In this document: piece after piece, positions 48,342 through 57,835 of the stretch | How positions within the stretch are numbered: position 1 is the stretch's first letter | Layout of the letters: every line of letters starts with the position of its first letter | NCBI GenBank assembly: GCA_963760615.1 | Contig: CAVXDX010000004.1 | Location: 32,001 to 96,000 of the forward strand | Source: an uncultured Candidatus Micrarchaeota archaeon | GTDB lineage: Archaea > Micrarchaeota > Micrarchaeia > Burarchaeales > Fermentimicrarchaeaceae | Length of the DNA stretch: 64,000 bases | Direction: 5' to 3' | Translations under genes and position numbers: made by a program | The notes under the pieces: generated by a model | What the model saw: only the letters and a program-made list of their open reading frames with translations | What the model was told of the DNA's origin: nothing | The model's database searches: none

Positions 48342-49313
48342 ATGTCAAAACAATCTATAGACGCATCAGCGCACATGGAAGGAGCTCCTCAATCAGAACG
48401 GTTATTTCCTGTTGAAAGGGAATACGCCCGTTGCGTTACCGCTTTAAACCACACTGGCATTCTCACACTTCTTCCGAAATCAGAAAGCATTGGAGTGATT
48501 GGAATAGATGGAAAAGAGTATCCAATACCAACCCAAGAACAGGTTGTAGAACTATTTGATCATAATAGAGAGCTTGTAGGTAGAAAAGTTCCACAAGGGT
48601 TTGATCGTTTAGAGCTAACACCTATGGCAATGCCAACACCCCTTCTTATTGACCGAATGAAAGCAGCTATTCTTAAACACGCAGCAGAAGGAAAAATTTA
48701 TCAAACCAGACGTTCTCCTTCTGATTCTTTAATACCTGTTCGTGTCAATACCGAAAAACATGTCTGGATATGGGATACCTTAAGACAGGCACTAGATACA
48801 GACGAGCTTGTATATTTTCCTCAAGAATATTCAAGCAACCATCGGGGACAGACCAAATTAGAAGTAGTCAATAATGGACGTATTTGTGCCGTTCCAGGCT
48901 GGTCTCTGGGATTAGTTGAAAGTTTACCCATTATGCCTCAACAAGGCCGAGGAAAGACATTAGGAGGCAGAAGACAATTAGAAACAGGCTCTTCTCCTCG
49001 TGATTACTTACGAACATTACAGACGCAAGCTTATCAAGGAGAAACAGGAAAAACACTTGAAGATTTTATTACAAAATTTCTTACCCACCTCGAAACAACC
49101 AATGAAGTAAGTAACGACAGGTATGATAACAATGCCTTATGGTTTCTTGGTCAATATGTAAAATATGTAAAACATGTAAAAAGTGACCTTGTGCCGACTG
49201 GGTGGTGGCATCGAGACTTTGGGCGGGCTCGCTTGGATGCGCACCGTCCAGGCAATAGGCTTTGCACTAAGAGTTGGGGTGGGTCCTCCACGGTGAGACT
49301 GCTTAGGCCTTAA
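48342..49313 (+). CDS. Hypothetical protein resembling CPR DGR-target (C-type-lectin-fold) proteins
   Basis: AT-rich body unlike host genes; GIDGKEYPIPT, LVYFPQEY, GKTLGGRRQLE, C-terminal W.RD...L....P...G...VRL. Confidence 0.6.
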   Translation: MSKQSIDASAHMEGAPQSERLFPVEREYARCVTALNHTGILTLLPKSESIGVIGIDGKEYPIPTQEQVVELFDHNRELVGRKVPQGFDRLELTPMAMPTPLLIDRMKAAILKHAAEGKIYQTRRSPSDSLIPVRVNTEKHVWIWDTLRQALDTDELVYFPQEYSSNHRGQTKLEVVNNGRICAVPGWSLGLVESLPIMPQQGRGKTLGGRRQLETGSSPRDYLRTLQTQAYQGETGKTLEDFITKFLTHLETTNEVSNDRYDNNALWFLGQYVKYVKHVKSDLVPTGWWHRDFGRARLDAHRPGNRLCTKSWGGSSTVRLLRP

Positions 49314-49404
49314 CCTTTATCTTTCTTTATGGCGAGGCCGGTGGATGCAATGATGTCAGGTTTGAGTTCAAACGGGCAGGGAGTGCACTGAGTCCTGAAC
49401 TGAG

Positions 49405-49489
49405 TGCAGGGGGAGAGATTTGAACTCTCGCAGGCCTAAGCCAACAGATCTTGAGTCTGTCGCGTTTGACCAGGCTCCGCCACCCCTGC
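49405..49489 (-). tRNA. trnL-CAA: tRNA-Leu(CAA)
   Basis: Minus strand GCAGGGG...ACAGA-CTCAAGA-TCTGT, long variable arm, GAGAG-TTCAAAT-CTCTC, CCCCTGC+A; CTTATAAG box upstream. Confidence 0.95.
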
Positions 49490-49530
49490 GCGGGTATAAA
49501 TTACACAACAACTGCTTATAAGTTTTCCAC

Positions 49531-50103
49531 TCAGCGCTTGCACATCTTCACAAAATTCGCGTATATCTCTTCCCCGTGTTCCGTGTGCTCAACTTCGGGG
49601 TGGAATATGCAGCCATATATGGGTCTTTTCTCATGCTTCATTGCCTCATTGGAGCAGTCCTTTGAATGGGCGAGAATCTTGAAGTGTGGGACACCAATAA
49701 CCTCGTCATTGTGGGAAGCCCACACATTGAATTTTCTGGGAAGCCCCTTGAATAAATCATCCTCCTCGTCAACAAGCAGTTCAACCCTTCCATACTCCGG
49801 CTTTTTTGCAGGCTGTACCTTCCCCCCGAAATGCATCCCTATGAACTGGTGCCCGGCGCATATCCCAATTATCGGCTTGCCAAACTTTTCAATATAACGG
49901 GAAAGTTCCTTCAGCTCTTTCACTTCACCCAAGCCAAGCCGTATGGCGCCTCCAGAAAGGACAAGCCCATCGGCGTCTATTTTGCTCAAAGGAGTCTTGC
50001 AGGAAATTATCTCAGTATCCACCTTAAGATAACTCAGAGTCCTCCAGATTCTGTGAGTCCACTGTGAGCCCAAATCTACAACAAGTATTCTCATCATTCC
50101 CAC
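49531..50103 (-). CDS. guaAA: GMP synthase glutaminase subunit A
   Basis: VDLGSQW, GICAGHQ, WASHNDEV, FHPEV. Confidence 0.94.
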   Translation of the reverse strand: MGMMRILVVDLGSQWTHRIWRTLSYLKVDTEIISCKTPLSKIDADGLVLSGGAIRLGLGEVKELKELSRYIEKFGKPIIGICAGHQFIGMHFGGKVQPAKKPEYGRVELLVDEEDDLFKGLPRKFNVWASHNDEVIGVPHFKILAHSKDCSNEAMKHEKRPIYGCIFHPEVEHTEHGEEIYANFVKMCKR

Positions 50104-51053
50104 TCTATGCAGGCAGGCGGCTTGCTGGTTATGTCATAAACAACCCTGTTGACGTGCTCCTTCAGCTCCCTCGTAATCCTGTTGGAGATGCTCTCAAGTA
50201 TACTGTCAGGAATTCTTGCATACTGTGCAGTCATTCCATCCACACTGTAAACAGCCCTCACTGCCATAGTGTAACCATAGGCTCTCTCATCCCCAAGCAC
50301 TCCCACGCTTCTTGAGGGAAGCAGCACTGCAAAGTACTGCCAGGGAAGCTCCATCTCCCCTCTTGCAGCTGCCTGCTCCAGCTCCTCTTCTACAATGGCG
50401 CAGGCCTCCCTCACCACTTCAACCTTCTCAGGAGTTGCCTCACCAACAATCCTTATGGCAAGCCCAGGTCCTGGGAAAGGCTGCCTGTTGCATATTTTCT
50501 CAGGCAGACCAAGCTCCCTCCCAACCTTCCTCACCTCATCCTTATACAATTCCCTCACAGGCTCAACAAGCTTCAGTTTCATGCCGCTTGGAAGCCCCCC
50601 TACATTGTGGTGGGATTTGATGGTGGCCCTCATGCCAGTTCCAGACTCAATCCAGTCAGGTGCAAGCGTGCCCTGCCCTAGGAATTTTGCCTTCTCCTCC
50701 TTCGCTACTTTCTCAAAAATCTTTATGAAAAGCTCTCCTATGATCTTCCTCTTCCTCTCGGGCTCCTTCACCCCTTTCAGGGCAGAGTAGAATTTTTTCT
50801 TAGCATCAACGAAGCGCAGGTTCATGTTTATCCTTCCTGCCAGCTCCCTTATGCTTTCGGGCTCCCCTTTCCTCATGAAGCCAGTGTCAACAAAAACGGC
50901 AACGCACCTCTTCCCGAGAGCCTCATTCACCAGTACTGCAGTAACTGTGCTGTCAACCCCCCCGGAGACGGCTATGATGGCTTTGCCGTTTACAACAGTC
51001 CTCTTTATCTGTGCAACTGCATCCTCTATGAATTGTTTTGGTTCGAATGGCAT
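50094..51053 (-). CDS. guaAB: GMP synthase ATP pyrophosphatase subunit B
   Basis: AVSGGVDS, QGTLAPD, IKSHHNVGG, QPFPGPGL, KPPACIEWE. Confidence 0.95.
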   Translation of the reverse strand: MPFEPKQFIEDAVAQIKRTVVNGKAIIAVSGGVDSTVTAVLVNEALGKRCVAVFVDTGFMRKGEPESIRELAGRINMNLRFVDAKKKFYSALKGVKEPERKRKIIGELFIKIFEKVAKEEKAKFLGQGTLAPDWIESGTGMRATIKSHHNVGGLPSGMKLKLVEPVRELYKDEVRKVGRELGLPEKICNRQPFPGPGLAIRIVGEATPEKVEVVREACAIVEEELEQAAARGEMELPWQYFAVLLPSRSVGVLGDERAYGYTMAVRAVYSVDGMTAQYARIPDSILESISNRITRELKEHVNRVVYDITSKPPACIEWE

Positions 51054-51131
51054 GATGATTATACGAAAGGGAGATTAAAAAACTAACCTACTGCCAGCTG
51101 GTTTAAATAAAGCAAAAGGCATAATTTAACC

Positions 51132-51611
51132 ATGGCTTACAAGACAATTGAGGGAAAGATATTCTACAATTCCGAGAAGTATTATATAACGGAAGCCAAC
51201 GCTAGCGAGATAGCCGAATTGCACGAAATGTTCAATAAATTCGTAGCCAAGGGATGGAGTCCCTCCCCAGGTGAGAACCTGACCATGGTGGTGATTAACA
51301 AGGAAACGAACAAAATTATTGGCGGGATGGAGAGGAACATTGACGCTGAAAACAGAAAGGCAAGAGGAAGGGGCTTAGTTATTCTGCCGGAGTTTCAATG
51401 GAAAGGAATTGGTACAATCCTTATCAAAACAATGGACAATAAGCTTAAAGAGGATGGAATATTATACGTTGAAACTTTGCCAACCAAAGATTCATACAAG
51501 CTTTTTATGGAGAATGGGTATGATTGGAGCCCAGCTGTGAGAGAGTGGATTAAGGAAGTCGGCTTTAGTAAAGATAAATTCCTTAAGAATATAATGGAGA
51601 AATACCTTTAA
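51132..51611 (+). CDS. GNAT acetyltransferase
   Basis: VILPEFQWKGIGTILI motif A; AT-rich codon style. Confidence 0.75.
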   Translation: MAYKTIEGKIFYNSEKYYITEANASEIAELHEMFNKFVAKGWSPSPGENLTMVVINKETNKIIGGMERNIDAENRKARGRGLVILPEFQWKGIGTILIKTMDNKLKEDGILYVETLPTKDSYKLFMENGYDWSPAVREWIKEVGFSKDKFLKNIMEKYL

Positions 51612-51792
51612 CCTGGAAATTGAGTTCCCAAGGTGAAACCGCATGTTCATACCGCACCAAACGTTTTTACATTTTTCACCCGATGCGTGACCTCCCCTCT
51701 CATCGTATCACCATCTAATTATTCAATAAAAACATTTTGATATATCTTCACATAACAGCACTGGCGAAGTTGTCATCTACTTGACAACAACC

Positions 51793-51807
51793 TTTATGTG
51801 CAAAGCC
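51793..51807 (+). repeat. 15-bp motif TTTATGTGCAAAGCC, copy 1
   Basis: Exact reverse complement of 57836-57850. Confidence 0.7.
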
Positions 51808-51852
51808 ATTGACAAGCAAAACATTAAAAATCTCACCTCGTAAATACTATTA

Positions 51853-52983
51853 ATGGAGACGTCGGATATAAAGAAACTGGCTAATTCTTACAGAAATTTC
51901 AGCATTGCTACCCTTGGCTCCCACTCTGCCTTGGATATATGCGAAGGTGCCAAGAGGGAAGGAGTGAAAACTCTCGTGGTATGCCAAAGAGGAAGGGAGA
52001 AGACATACGAGAAATACTACTCCGTGAGAAAGAGGTTTGGCAAGAAGATAGGGTGCATTGATGAGATAATGCTGCTCAACAAGTTCTCGGAAGTGGCAAC
52101 TCCCAATATTGTGAGGCAGCTTCAGAAGAGAAATGTTATCTTCGTGCCCCACAGGTCATTCTCTGTTTATGTTGGCTATGATGCAATTGAAAAGCATTTC
52201 GAAGTTCCGATTTTCGGCAACAGATTCCTGCTTCGGGCGGAAGAAAGGACTGCTGAAAGAAACCAGCTATACCTGCTCAGGAAGGCAGGCATACGGGTGC
52301 CGAAGAGCTTCAGCAAGCCTTCCAGTATAGACAGGCTCGTTCTGGTGAAAGCGAGCGAGGCAAAGAGGAGTTATGAGAGGGCATTCTTCTTCGCCAGCTC
52401 AGAGGAAGAATACAAGCAGAGGAGCAGCGAGATGCTGAGGAAAGGAGTAATCACAGAACGGGGGTTGAAATCCGCTCCAATTGAGGAATTTGTTTTGGGG
52501 GCTCAGTACAACTTCAACTTCTTCTACTCTCCCTTGAATGAGGAGCTGGAACTCATAGGGACAGATACCCGAAGGCAGACCAACCTTGATGGGCTGCTGA
52601 AGCTGCCTGCTGCAGAGCAGCTTGAAGTCCTGAAGCATGTCAGGATGAGCAATATAGAAATAGGGCATGTGGCATGCACACTCCGCGAAAGCATGCTCGA
52701 GAAAGTGTTTGAAATCGGGGAGAGGTTTGTTGAGACATGCAGGAAGGAATACCCGCCGGGTTTGATAGGGCCGTTCGCGCTGCAGGGTGCAATCATTCCG
52801 GAGGAGAAAGGCGAGGAGATAGTCATATTTGATGTGAGCTTCAGGCTGCCAGGCTCGCCAGGAGTGAGGTTCACCCCATACACCGAATATTTATACGGAG
52901 AGAGCCTCAGCATGGGGAGAAGAACTGCCATTGAGCTGAAGAATGCTTTCAGGAGCAAGAAACTTTCAGAGGTAGTAACATGA
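51853..52983 (+). CDS. purP: FAICAR synthetase PurP-like ATP-grasp protein (copy 1)
   Basis: TLGSHSAL, FVPHRSF, FGNR, RRQTNLDG, GPFALQG, SMGRR.A.E. Confidence 0.92.
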   Translation: METSDIKKLANSYRNFSIATLGSHSALDICEGAKREGVKTLVVCQRGREKTYEKYYSVRKRFGKKIGCIDEIMLLNKFSEVATPNIVRQLQKRNVIFVPHRSFSVYVGYDAIEKHFEVPIFGNRFLLRAEERTAERNQLYLLRKAGIRVPKSFSKPSSIDRLVLVKASEAKRSYERAFFFASSEEEYKQRSSEMLRKGVITERGLKSAPIEEFVLGAQYNFNFFYSPLNEELELIGTDTRRQTNLDGLLKLPAAEQLEVLKHVRMSNIEIGHVACTLRESMLEKVFEIGERFVETCRKEYPPGLIGPFALQGAIIPEEKGEEIVIFDVSFRLPGSPGVRFTPYTEYLYGESLSMGRRTAIELKNAFRSKKLSEVVT

Positions 52984-54026
52984 TTTCCAAGGAGAAAATC
53001 CACTCAATACTCAAAGGCTATGACAAGAGGAAGATACGGATAGCAACAATATGCTCTCACACTTCGCTGCAGCTCTTCCACGGAGCAAGGCAGGAGGGCA
53101 TGAAGACGATTGGCATATGCCTGGAGAAGTACAAGAAAACCTATGATTCATTCCCTTATGGCAAGCCGGATGAGTACATCATTGTGGACAACTACAGGGA
53201 TATACCTGCTAGGGAGCTTGTTGAGAAGAATGCAATAGTGGTGCCCCACGGCTCCTTCGTTGAATACACTGGGGAGAACCTTAAGGAGCTCTCAGTTCCA
53301 ATGTTCGGGAACAGACTGAGTCTCATGTGGGAGGGTGACAGGGACAGACTCTTTAAGTGGATGAGAGACTCAGGCCTGCAGATACCGCGGCTTTTCACAC
53401 CAGAGACAATTGACAGGCCATGCATAGTGAAGCTGCCCGGTGCGAAGGGAGGCAAAGGATATACAATTGTCAGTTCACCGTCAGAGTTCAAAAGAAAGGT
53501 GAGGGATGAGAAGTTTATCATCCAGGAATACATATCTGGTGTGAGGGTATACCCGCATTACTTCTACTCGCCGATTTCAAAAGGAGGCTATGGGGTCAGG
53601 GGAGGCTCGCTTGAGCTGATGAGCATAGACAGAAGGCTGGAGAGCAACATTGATGAGAGCTACAGAGCGAACCTGGCCGGGGTGAAGGTGGAGCCCAGCT
53701 TCACAGTCATAGGCAATGAGCCAGTTATACTGAGGGAGTCTCTCGTCAGGGAGATTATGGAGATGGGCGCGAATGTTGTGGAGTCATCCTACAGGCTTTT
53801 CAATGGCCTCCCAGGCCCTTTCTGCATTGAGATGATATGCACCGAGAATATGAAGTTCTATTCGTTTGAGATTTCTGCAAGAATAGTTGCTGGGACGAAC
53901 CTATACCCCCTTGGTTCGCCTTACACCTGCTATTCTTACAAGGAGCCCATGAGCACGGGCAGAAGAATAGCACGCGAGATAAAGAGGGCCGCCAAGTTGA
54001 ACAGGCTGGATAAGGTAATATACTAG
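52980..54026 (+). CDS. purP: FAICAR synthetase PurP-like ATP-grasp protein (copy 2)
   Basis: TICSHTSL, PHGSFVEY, GAKGGKG, SIDRRLESN, FEISARIVAGTN, STGRRIA. Confidence 0.92.
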   Translation: MISKEKIHSILKGYDKRKIRIATICSHTSLQLFHGARQEGMKTIGICLEKYKKTYDSFPYGKPDEYIIVDNYRDIPARELVEKNAIVVPHGSFVEYTGENLKELSVPMFGNRLSLMWEGDRDRLFKWMRDSGLQIPRLFTPETIDRPCIVKLPGAKGGKGYTIVSSPSEFKRKVRDEKFIIQEYISGVRVYPHYFYSPISKGGYGVRGGSLELMSIDRRLESNIDESYRANLAGVKVEPSFTVIGNEPVILRESLVREIMEMGANVVESSYRLFNGLPGPFCIEMICTENMKFYSFEISARIVAGTNLYPLGSPYTCYSYKEPMSTGRRIAREIKRAAKLNRLDKVIY

Positions 54027-54039
54027 CACCCGGGGGTGG

Positions 54040-55551
54040 GTGGTGTTGAGAAATACCAGCTTGAACTTTCTCCTTGTCCTATTCCTGATACTCTCGCGTC
54101 AAGCTTGCGCATGCTTGGAAAACATAAACCCTGCACTTGGGGCAAACCCTTCTTTCTTCAACATGAGCGACCCAGTCAACCAGGAAATATACAACATGAA
54201 TGTTTCTGCGGATGAAAAGTTCTACCTGTTTGCTTACAACACGTTTCCTGAAATACCTCTTCTCTCAAACATAAGAAATTACAACCTCCTTCTGTCATTC
54301 TCGTGTCCCCCGAATGGGACGCAAGTCATGGAAGGAAGATACATACATAACATCTGGGTGCGTGCCATAACAGTGATGCCTTCAGTGATGGATGAGGAGG
54401 GCAACTACTGGGCGCTCCCAAGAGGCGAGTTGCTTGTGGCGCACAACTACTCCATACGGCTGCCGAGAAGCGCAACGAACCTCTACCCAGACTGCGGCAT
54501 AACTTACACTCTTCTCAACTCAAGCGCGCAGCTTTCTGTATACGCAGATGGCAGTTACACTGGAGACTCCGACCTCACCAGCTACATGGTAAACTCCACG
54601 AACCTTGAGGTTAGTGCAAAACTGTCTGTTTCGGCAAGCGTGAGAAGAGATTACTACGAGCCATACTGCTACTGTTGCAAGTCAGGCAAGGAAGGGTGTG
54701 AGGAAACATGCTGCTACTGCAAGTTCTCCCATAGCGATGTGGATGGTGAGAAGGCAAACCCCAGCAGCTCCCTTGAGAGGAGAGTATACCACCTTGAGGT
54801 GCTGCCCAACCTGACAATGCTACAGTGCCCGGCTGGAGGTTTTGGGGCGGCGGAAGGCAACTTCTCACTCAACACAAGCGTTCCCATTCAATCCTTCCTC
54901 CTTTCATTTGGCAGCTCAAATGTCTCAGTGCAGATGAATAAGCTTGATATAATGCCCATCCTAAAGCCACATAATGTGCTCGAAGCGCGTTCGGCAGAAT
55001 ATGGCTATCAATTCTCCTATGGGATGTTCGTGAGCGGATTTAGCATATCAAAGAGTTTCGTGCAGCTTAATTTCACTGGTGTTCCCCAACAAGAGGCGAG
55101 AGCCAAGTCTGCCAACCTTGTGCTGACAGACCTGTTTGGGATAACTCACAATCTCAGCAATTATACACCAATTGTCTGCCCTCTGAATCCACAGATGGAG
55201 CTCGCCATGCCTCACTGGGCTGAGAAAGGGTCCGATTTTCAGGTTGTTGTAAAGCTCTACGAAAGCGAACATGGCATTGCAGGCAAGAATGTCGTACTGC
55301 ATTACTCCGGAAGAGAATATGCTGGCACTACGGACTCTGAGGGAAAGGCACTGTTCTCTCTAAAAGCCAATGAAAGCCTTGTTATTGCAAAATCTCCCTA
55401 TGACGGCAAATATGCGGAGGTAGACTCCATGAGGAATCTCATGGTTTACGAACCCTCCACACTCTCTTTCTTAATATCCTTTTCGGCATTGTTTTTTATT
55501 CTGGTTTTGAGTTATACTGCTCTGAAGTTTATAGGGGGGTGGAATCTATGA
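54040..55551 (+). CDS. Exported, C-terminally anchored hypothetical protein with Cys-rich loop
   Basis: Signal peptide, N-X-S/T sequons, YCYCCKSGKEGCEETCCYC, C-terminal TM helix. Confidence 0.75.
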   Translation: MVLRNTSLNFLLVLFLILSRQACACLENINPALGANPSFFNMSDPVNQEIYNMNVSADEKFYLFAYNTFPEIPLLSNIRNYNLLLSFSCPPNGTQVMEGRYIHNIWVRAITVMPSVMDEEGNYWALPRGELLVAHNYSIRLPRSATNLYPDCGITYTLLNSSAQLSVYADGSYTGDSDLTSYMVNSTNLEVSAKLSVSASVRRDYYEPYCYCCKSGKEGCEETCCYCKFSHSDVDGEKANPSSSLERRVYHLEVLPNLTMLQCPAGGFGAAEGNFSLNTSVPIQSFLLSFGSSNVSVQMNKLDIMPILKPHNVLEARSAEYGYQFSYGMFVSGFSISKSFVQLNFTGVPQQEARAKSANLVLTDLFGITHNLSNYTPIVCPLNPQMELAMPHWAEKGSDFQVVVKLYESEHGIAGKNVVLHYSGREYAGTTDSEGKALFSLKANESLVIAKSPYDGKYAEVDSMRNLMVYEPSTLSFLISFSALFFILVLSYTALKFIGGWNL

Positions 55552-56414
55552 GATGGTGCGCATTCATACTATCAGTTTTACTCATATCAGCCTTCTGCCA
55601 TTCTTTCTTGATAGACCCCAGCGTGATAGCAGATGGAATCTCCCAGCTGGTTGTAAAGATGGTCAACGCCACTCTCTCATTCATGATAGATACAATAAAC
55701 TTCTTCCTATCCTATAACCCCCAGGTAGGCGACGAGTTTGTGCCGCTTCACACCCAAGTCCTCAAGCTGCTCGTCCCCTTCTACCTCCTCATAGTCAGCT
55801 GGAATGGCATACAGATAATGACAAGCGATGTTCTATCCAATCAGGCGAATGCACGCCTAACACTGCAGAATACCCTCTTGAGCATGATGCTTGTAGCCTT
55901 CTCACTCCCAATATACAAAATTATTGTAAACCTCGCGCAGTTTGCCACCTCATTCTTTACCACTATACCTCTTAAAGAGCCTACCTTGGCAGCTGGTGCG
56001 GCAACCATAATGCTCTTCCTTTTCATGACACTGGAGCTTTGGATTTTCCTGCTTTTCCTACTGGTGCGCTTTATGTTCGTATCTGTCGGTGTCGTCCTCT
56101 TCCCACTAGGCCTTTTCCTGTATTTCTTTGGCTATACCCAGAAATACGGCAAGATGATAATATCGCTGACGGTATTCTTCCTGTTTGTGCAGGTAATCAT
56201 CTCACTGGTGTTCTCAGTGTTCGGCATCATGCTGACAACTCCGGTAGAGTCATCTGGCCTAGGCGCAATTAACGAGAGCCTGTACAGAGTTCTCATACTG
56301 ATTGGTGCTGTGCTTATATCACTCATGACCGCCCTCTTGATTCTCCTGAGAATAGTCTTTGATATAATACCGCCCAAGGCAATAGCTACTGGCTTAATCT
56401 TGGCGTCAGCCTGA
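55548..56414 (+). CDS. Polytopic membrane protein, TrbL/VirB6-like
   Basis: About 7 TM helices, SYNP motif, G..IM.S...NARLTL, SLPIYK. Confidence 0.55.
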   Translation: MRWCAFILSVLLISAFCHSFLIDPSVIADGISQLVVKMVNATLSFMIDTINFFLSYNPQVGDEFVPLHTQVLKLLVPFYLLIVSWNGIQIMTSDVLSNQANARLTLQNTLLSMMLVAFSLPIYKIIVNLAQFATSFFTTIPLKEPTLAAGAATIMLFLFMTLELWIFLLFLLVRFMFVSVGVVLFPLGLFLYFFGYTQKYGKMIISLTVFFLFVQVIISLVFSVFGIMLTTPVESSGLGAINESLYRVLILIGAVLISLMTALLILLRIVFDIIPPKAIATGLILASA

Positions 56415-56460
56415 AAAACGCTGTAAGCGTTAAAAAGAGTTAGCAATAAATGTTGTATAT

Positions 56461-57819
56461 ATGGCAAAATACTTCGGGACGTATGGGATACGGGGAAAGC
56501 TTGATACGCTTACACCTGAGTTTGCCCTGAGGATGAGCTCTGCATTCGGCAGCCATATAAAAGGAGGCAAGGTGCTCGTGGGAAGGGATGCGCGCCTCAG
56601 CGGCGAGATGCTGGAGCATGCAGTCGTTGCCGGTCTCATCAGCTCAGGATGCAAGGTTCTCAATCTTGGTATTGTGCCACTCCCAACTCTGGAGTTTGAG
56701 ATAAGGAAGCTCCCGGCAGCTGGAGGTGTGATGATAACTGCATCCCACAACCCGCCGGAATGGAACGGGCTTAAATTTGCCGATGGTGACGGCATAGGTA
56801 TTTCAAAGGAGGAGGGAGAAGAGATTGAGAGAGTTTTTGAAAGAGGGGGATTCAAGAAAGCGGAGTGGAACCAGCTGAACAGGGCGGAGGATTACTCGCT
56901 TGCACTGGGGGAGCATGCTGATGCTCTTAGGAAAATAATCGAGAGGAGGCACATCCTTAAGGAATCGCCAAGGGTTGTGCTGGACTGCGGGAATGGAACT
57001 GCGAGTCTCATTGCGCCTAAGATTTTCAAGGAGCTGGGCTGCAGAGTCACAACGCTCAACTCGCAGATTGACGGCTCCTTCCCAGGCAGGAACTCCGAGC
57101 CCACGCAGCAGAACCTCCAGGAACTCATGAAAGCCGTTGTCGCGCTGAAAGCCGATGTGGGAATCGCGTGGGATGGGGATGCAGACAGGGTCATATTCAT
57201 AGATGAGAAGGGCGGTTACATCTACGGTGACAAGAGCTTTGCCCTGTGCGTGGATATTGCCCTGCGGCAGAGGAAAGGCGCTGTTGTCACAACCGTCGCG
57301 ACAAGCAATGCAATTGCGGATATTGCAAATGAAAGGGGAGGTTCAATAGAGTATGTAAAGGTTGGTGGCCCCTACCTCTCGAGAAGGGCAAAGGAGCTCA
57401 ACGCGGTCATAGCAGGGGAGGAAGCTGGAGGAGTCATCTGGCCAGAGGTGCATCTTGGGAAGGATGGGTTTGTAACTGCATTGAAGATTCTTGAGAGGAT
57501 GTGCAAGGATGGCAGGCCACTCTCATCACTCATAGCGGACATGCCCAGCTACTACAACTCTAAAACAAAGCTGGAATGCCCTGCAAACAGGAAGCAGGCA
57601 GTGCTGAAGAAGTTCAAGGAGAAAGTAAGGAAAGATGGCAAAATTAACGACATGGATGGGATGAGAATTGACTTTGGTGATTCGTGGGTCATCCTTCGTG
57701 CATCGGGCACGGAGGACCTCATGAGAATCTTTGCAGAAGCCAGGAGCCAGAAGAAGGCTGATGAGATACTGCGAAAGTATAAAAGAATAGTTGAGAAAGT
57801 GGTATCCTCACGCAATTAA
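56461..57819 (+). CDS. Phosphohexomutase (GlmM/PMM-PGM family)
   Basis: YFGTYGIRG, TASHNP, DGDADR, GEEAG, RASGTE. Confidence 0.94.
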   Translation: MAKYFGTYGIRGKLDTLTPEFALRMSSAFGSHIKGGKVLVGRDARLSGEMLEHAVVAGLISSGCKVLNLGIVPLPTLEFEIRKLPAAGGVMITASHNPPEWNGLKFADGDGIGISKEEGEEIERVFERGGFKKAEWNQLNRAEDYSLALGEHADALRKIIERRHILKESPRVVLDCGNGTASLIAPKIFKELGCRVTTLNSQIDGSFPGRNSEPTQQNLQELMKAVVALKADVGIAWDGDADRVIFIDEKGGYIYGDKSFALCVDIALRQRKGAVVTTVATSNAIADIANERGGSIEYVKVGGPYLSRRAKELNAVIAGEEAGGVIWPEVHLGKDGFVTALKILERMCKDGRPLSSLIADMPSYYNSKTKLECPANRKQAVLKKFKEKVRKDGKINDMDGMRIDFGDSWVILRASGTEDLMRIFAEARSQKKADEILRKYKRIVEKVVSSRN

Positions 57820-57835
57820 ACGTTGTGTTTTCAGC

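Noticed and set aside
51746-51815. Firm annotation as a ZTP riboswitch
   Set aside because: It lacks the conserved P3 CGCCUGGG and purine-rich junction; reported only as a hypothesis.
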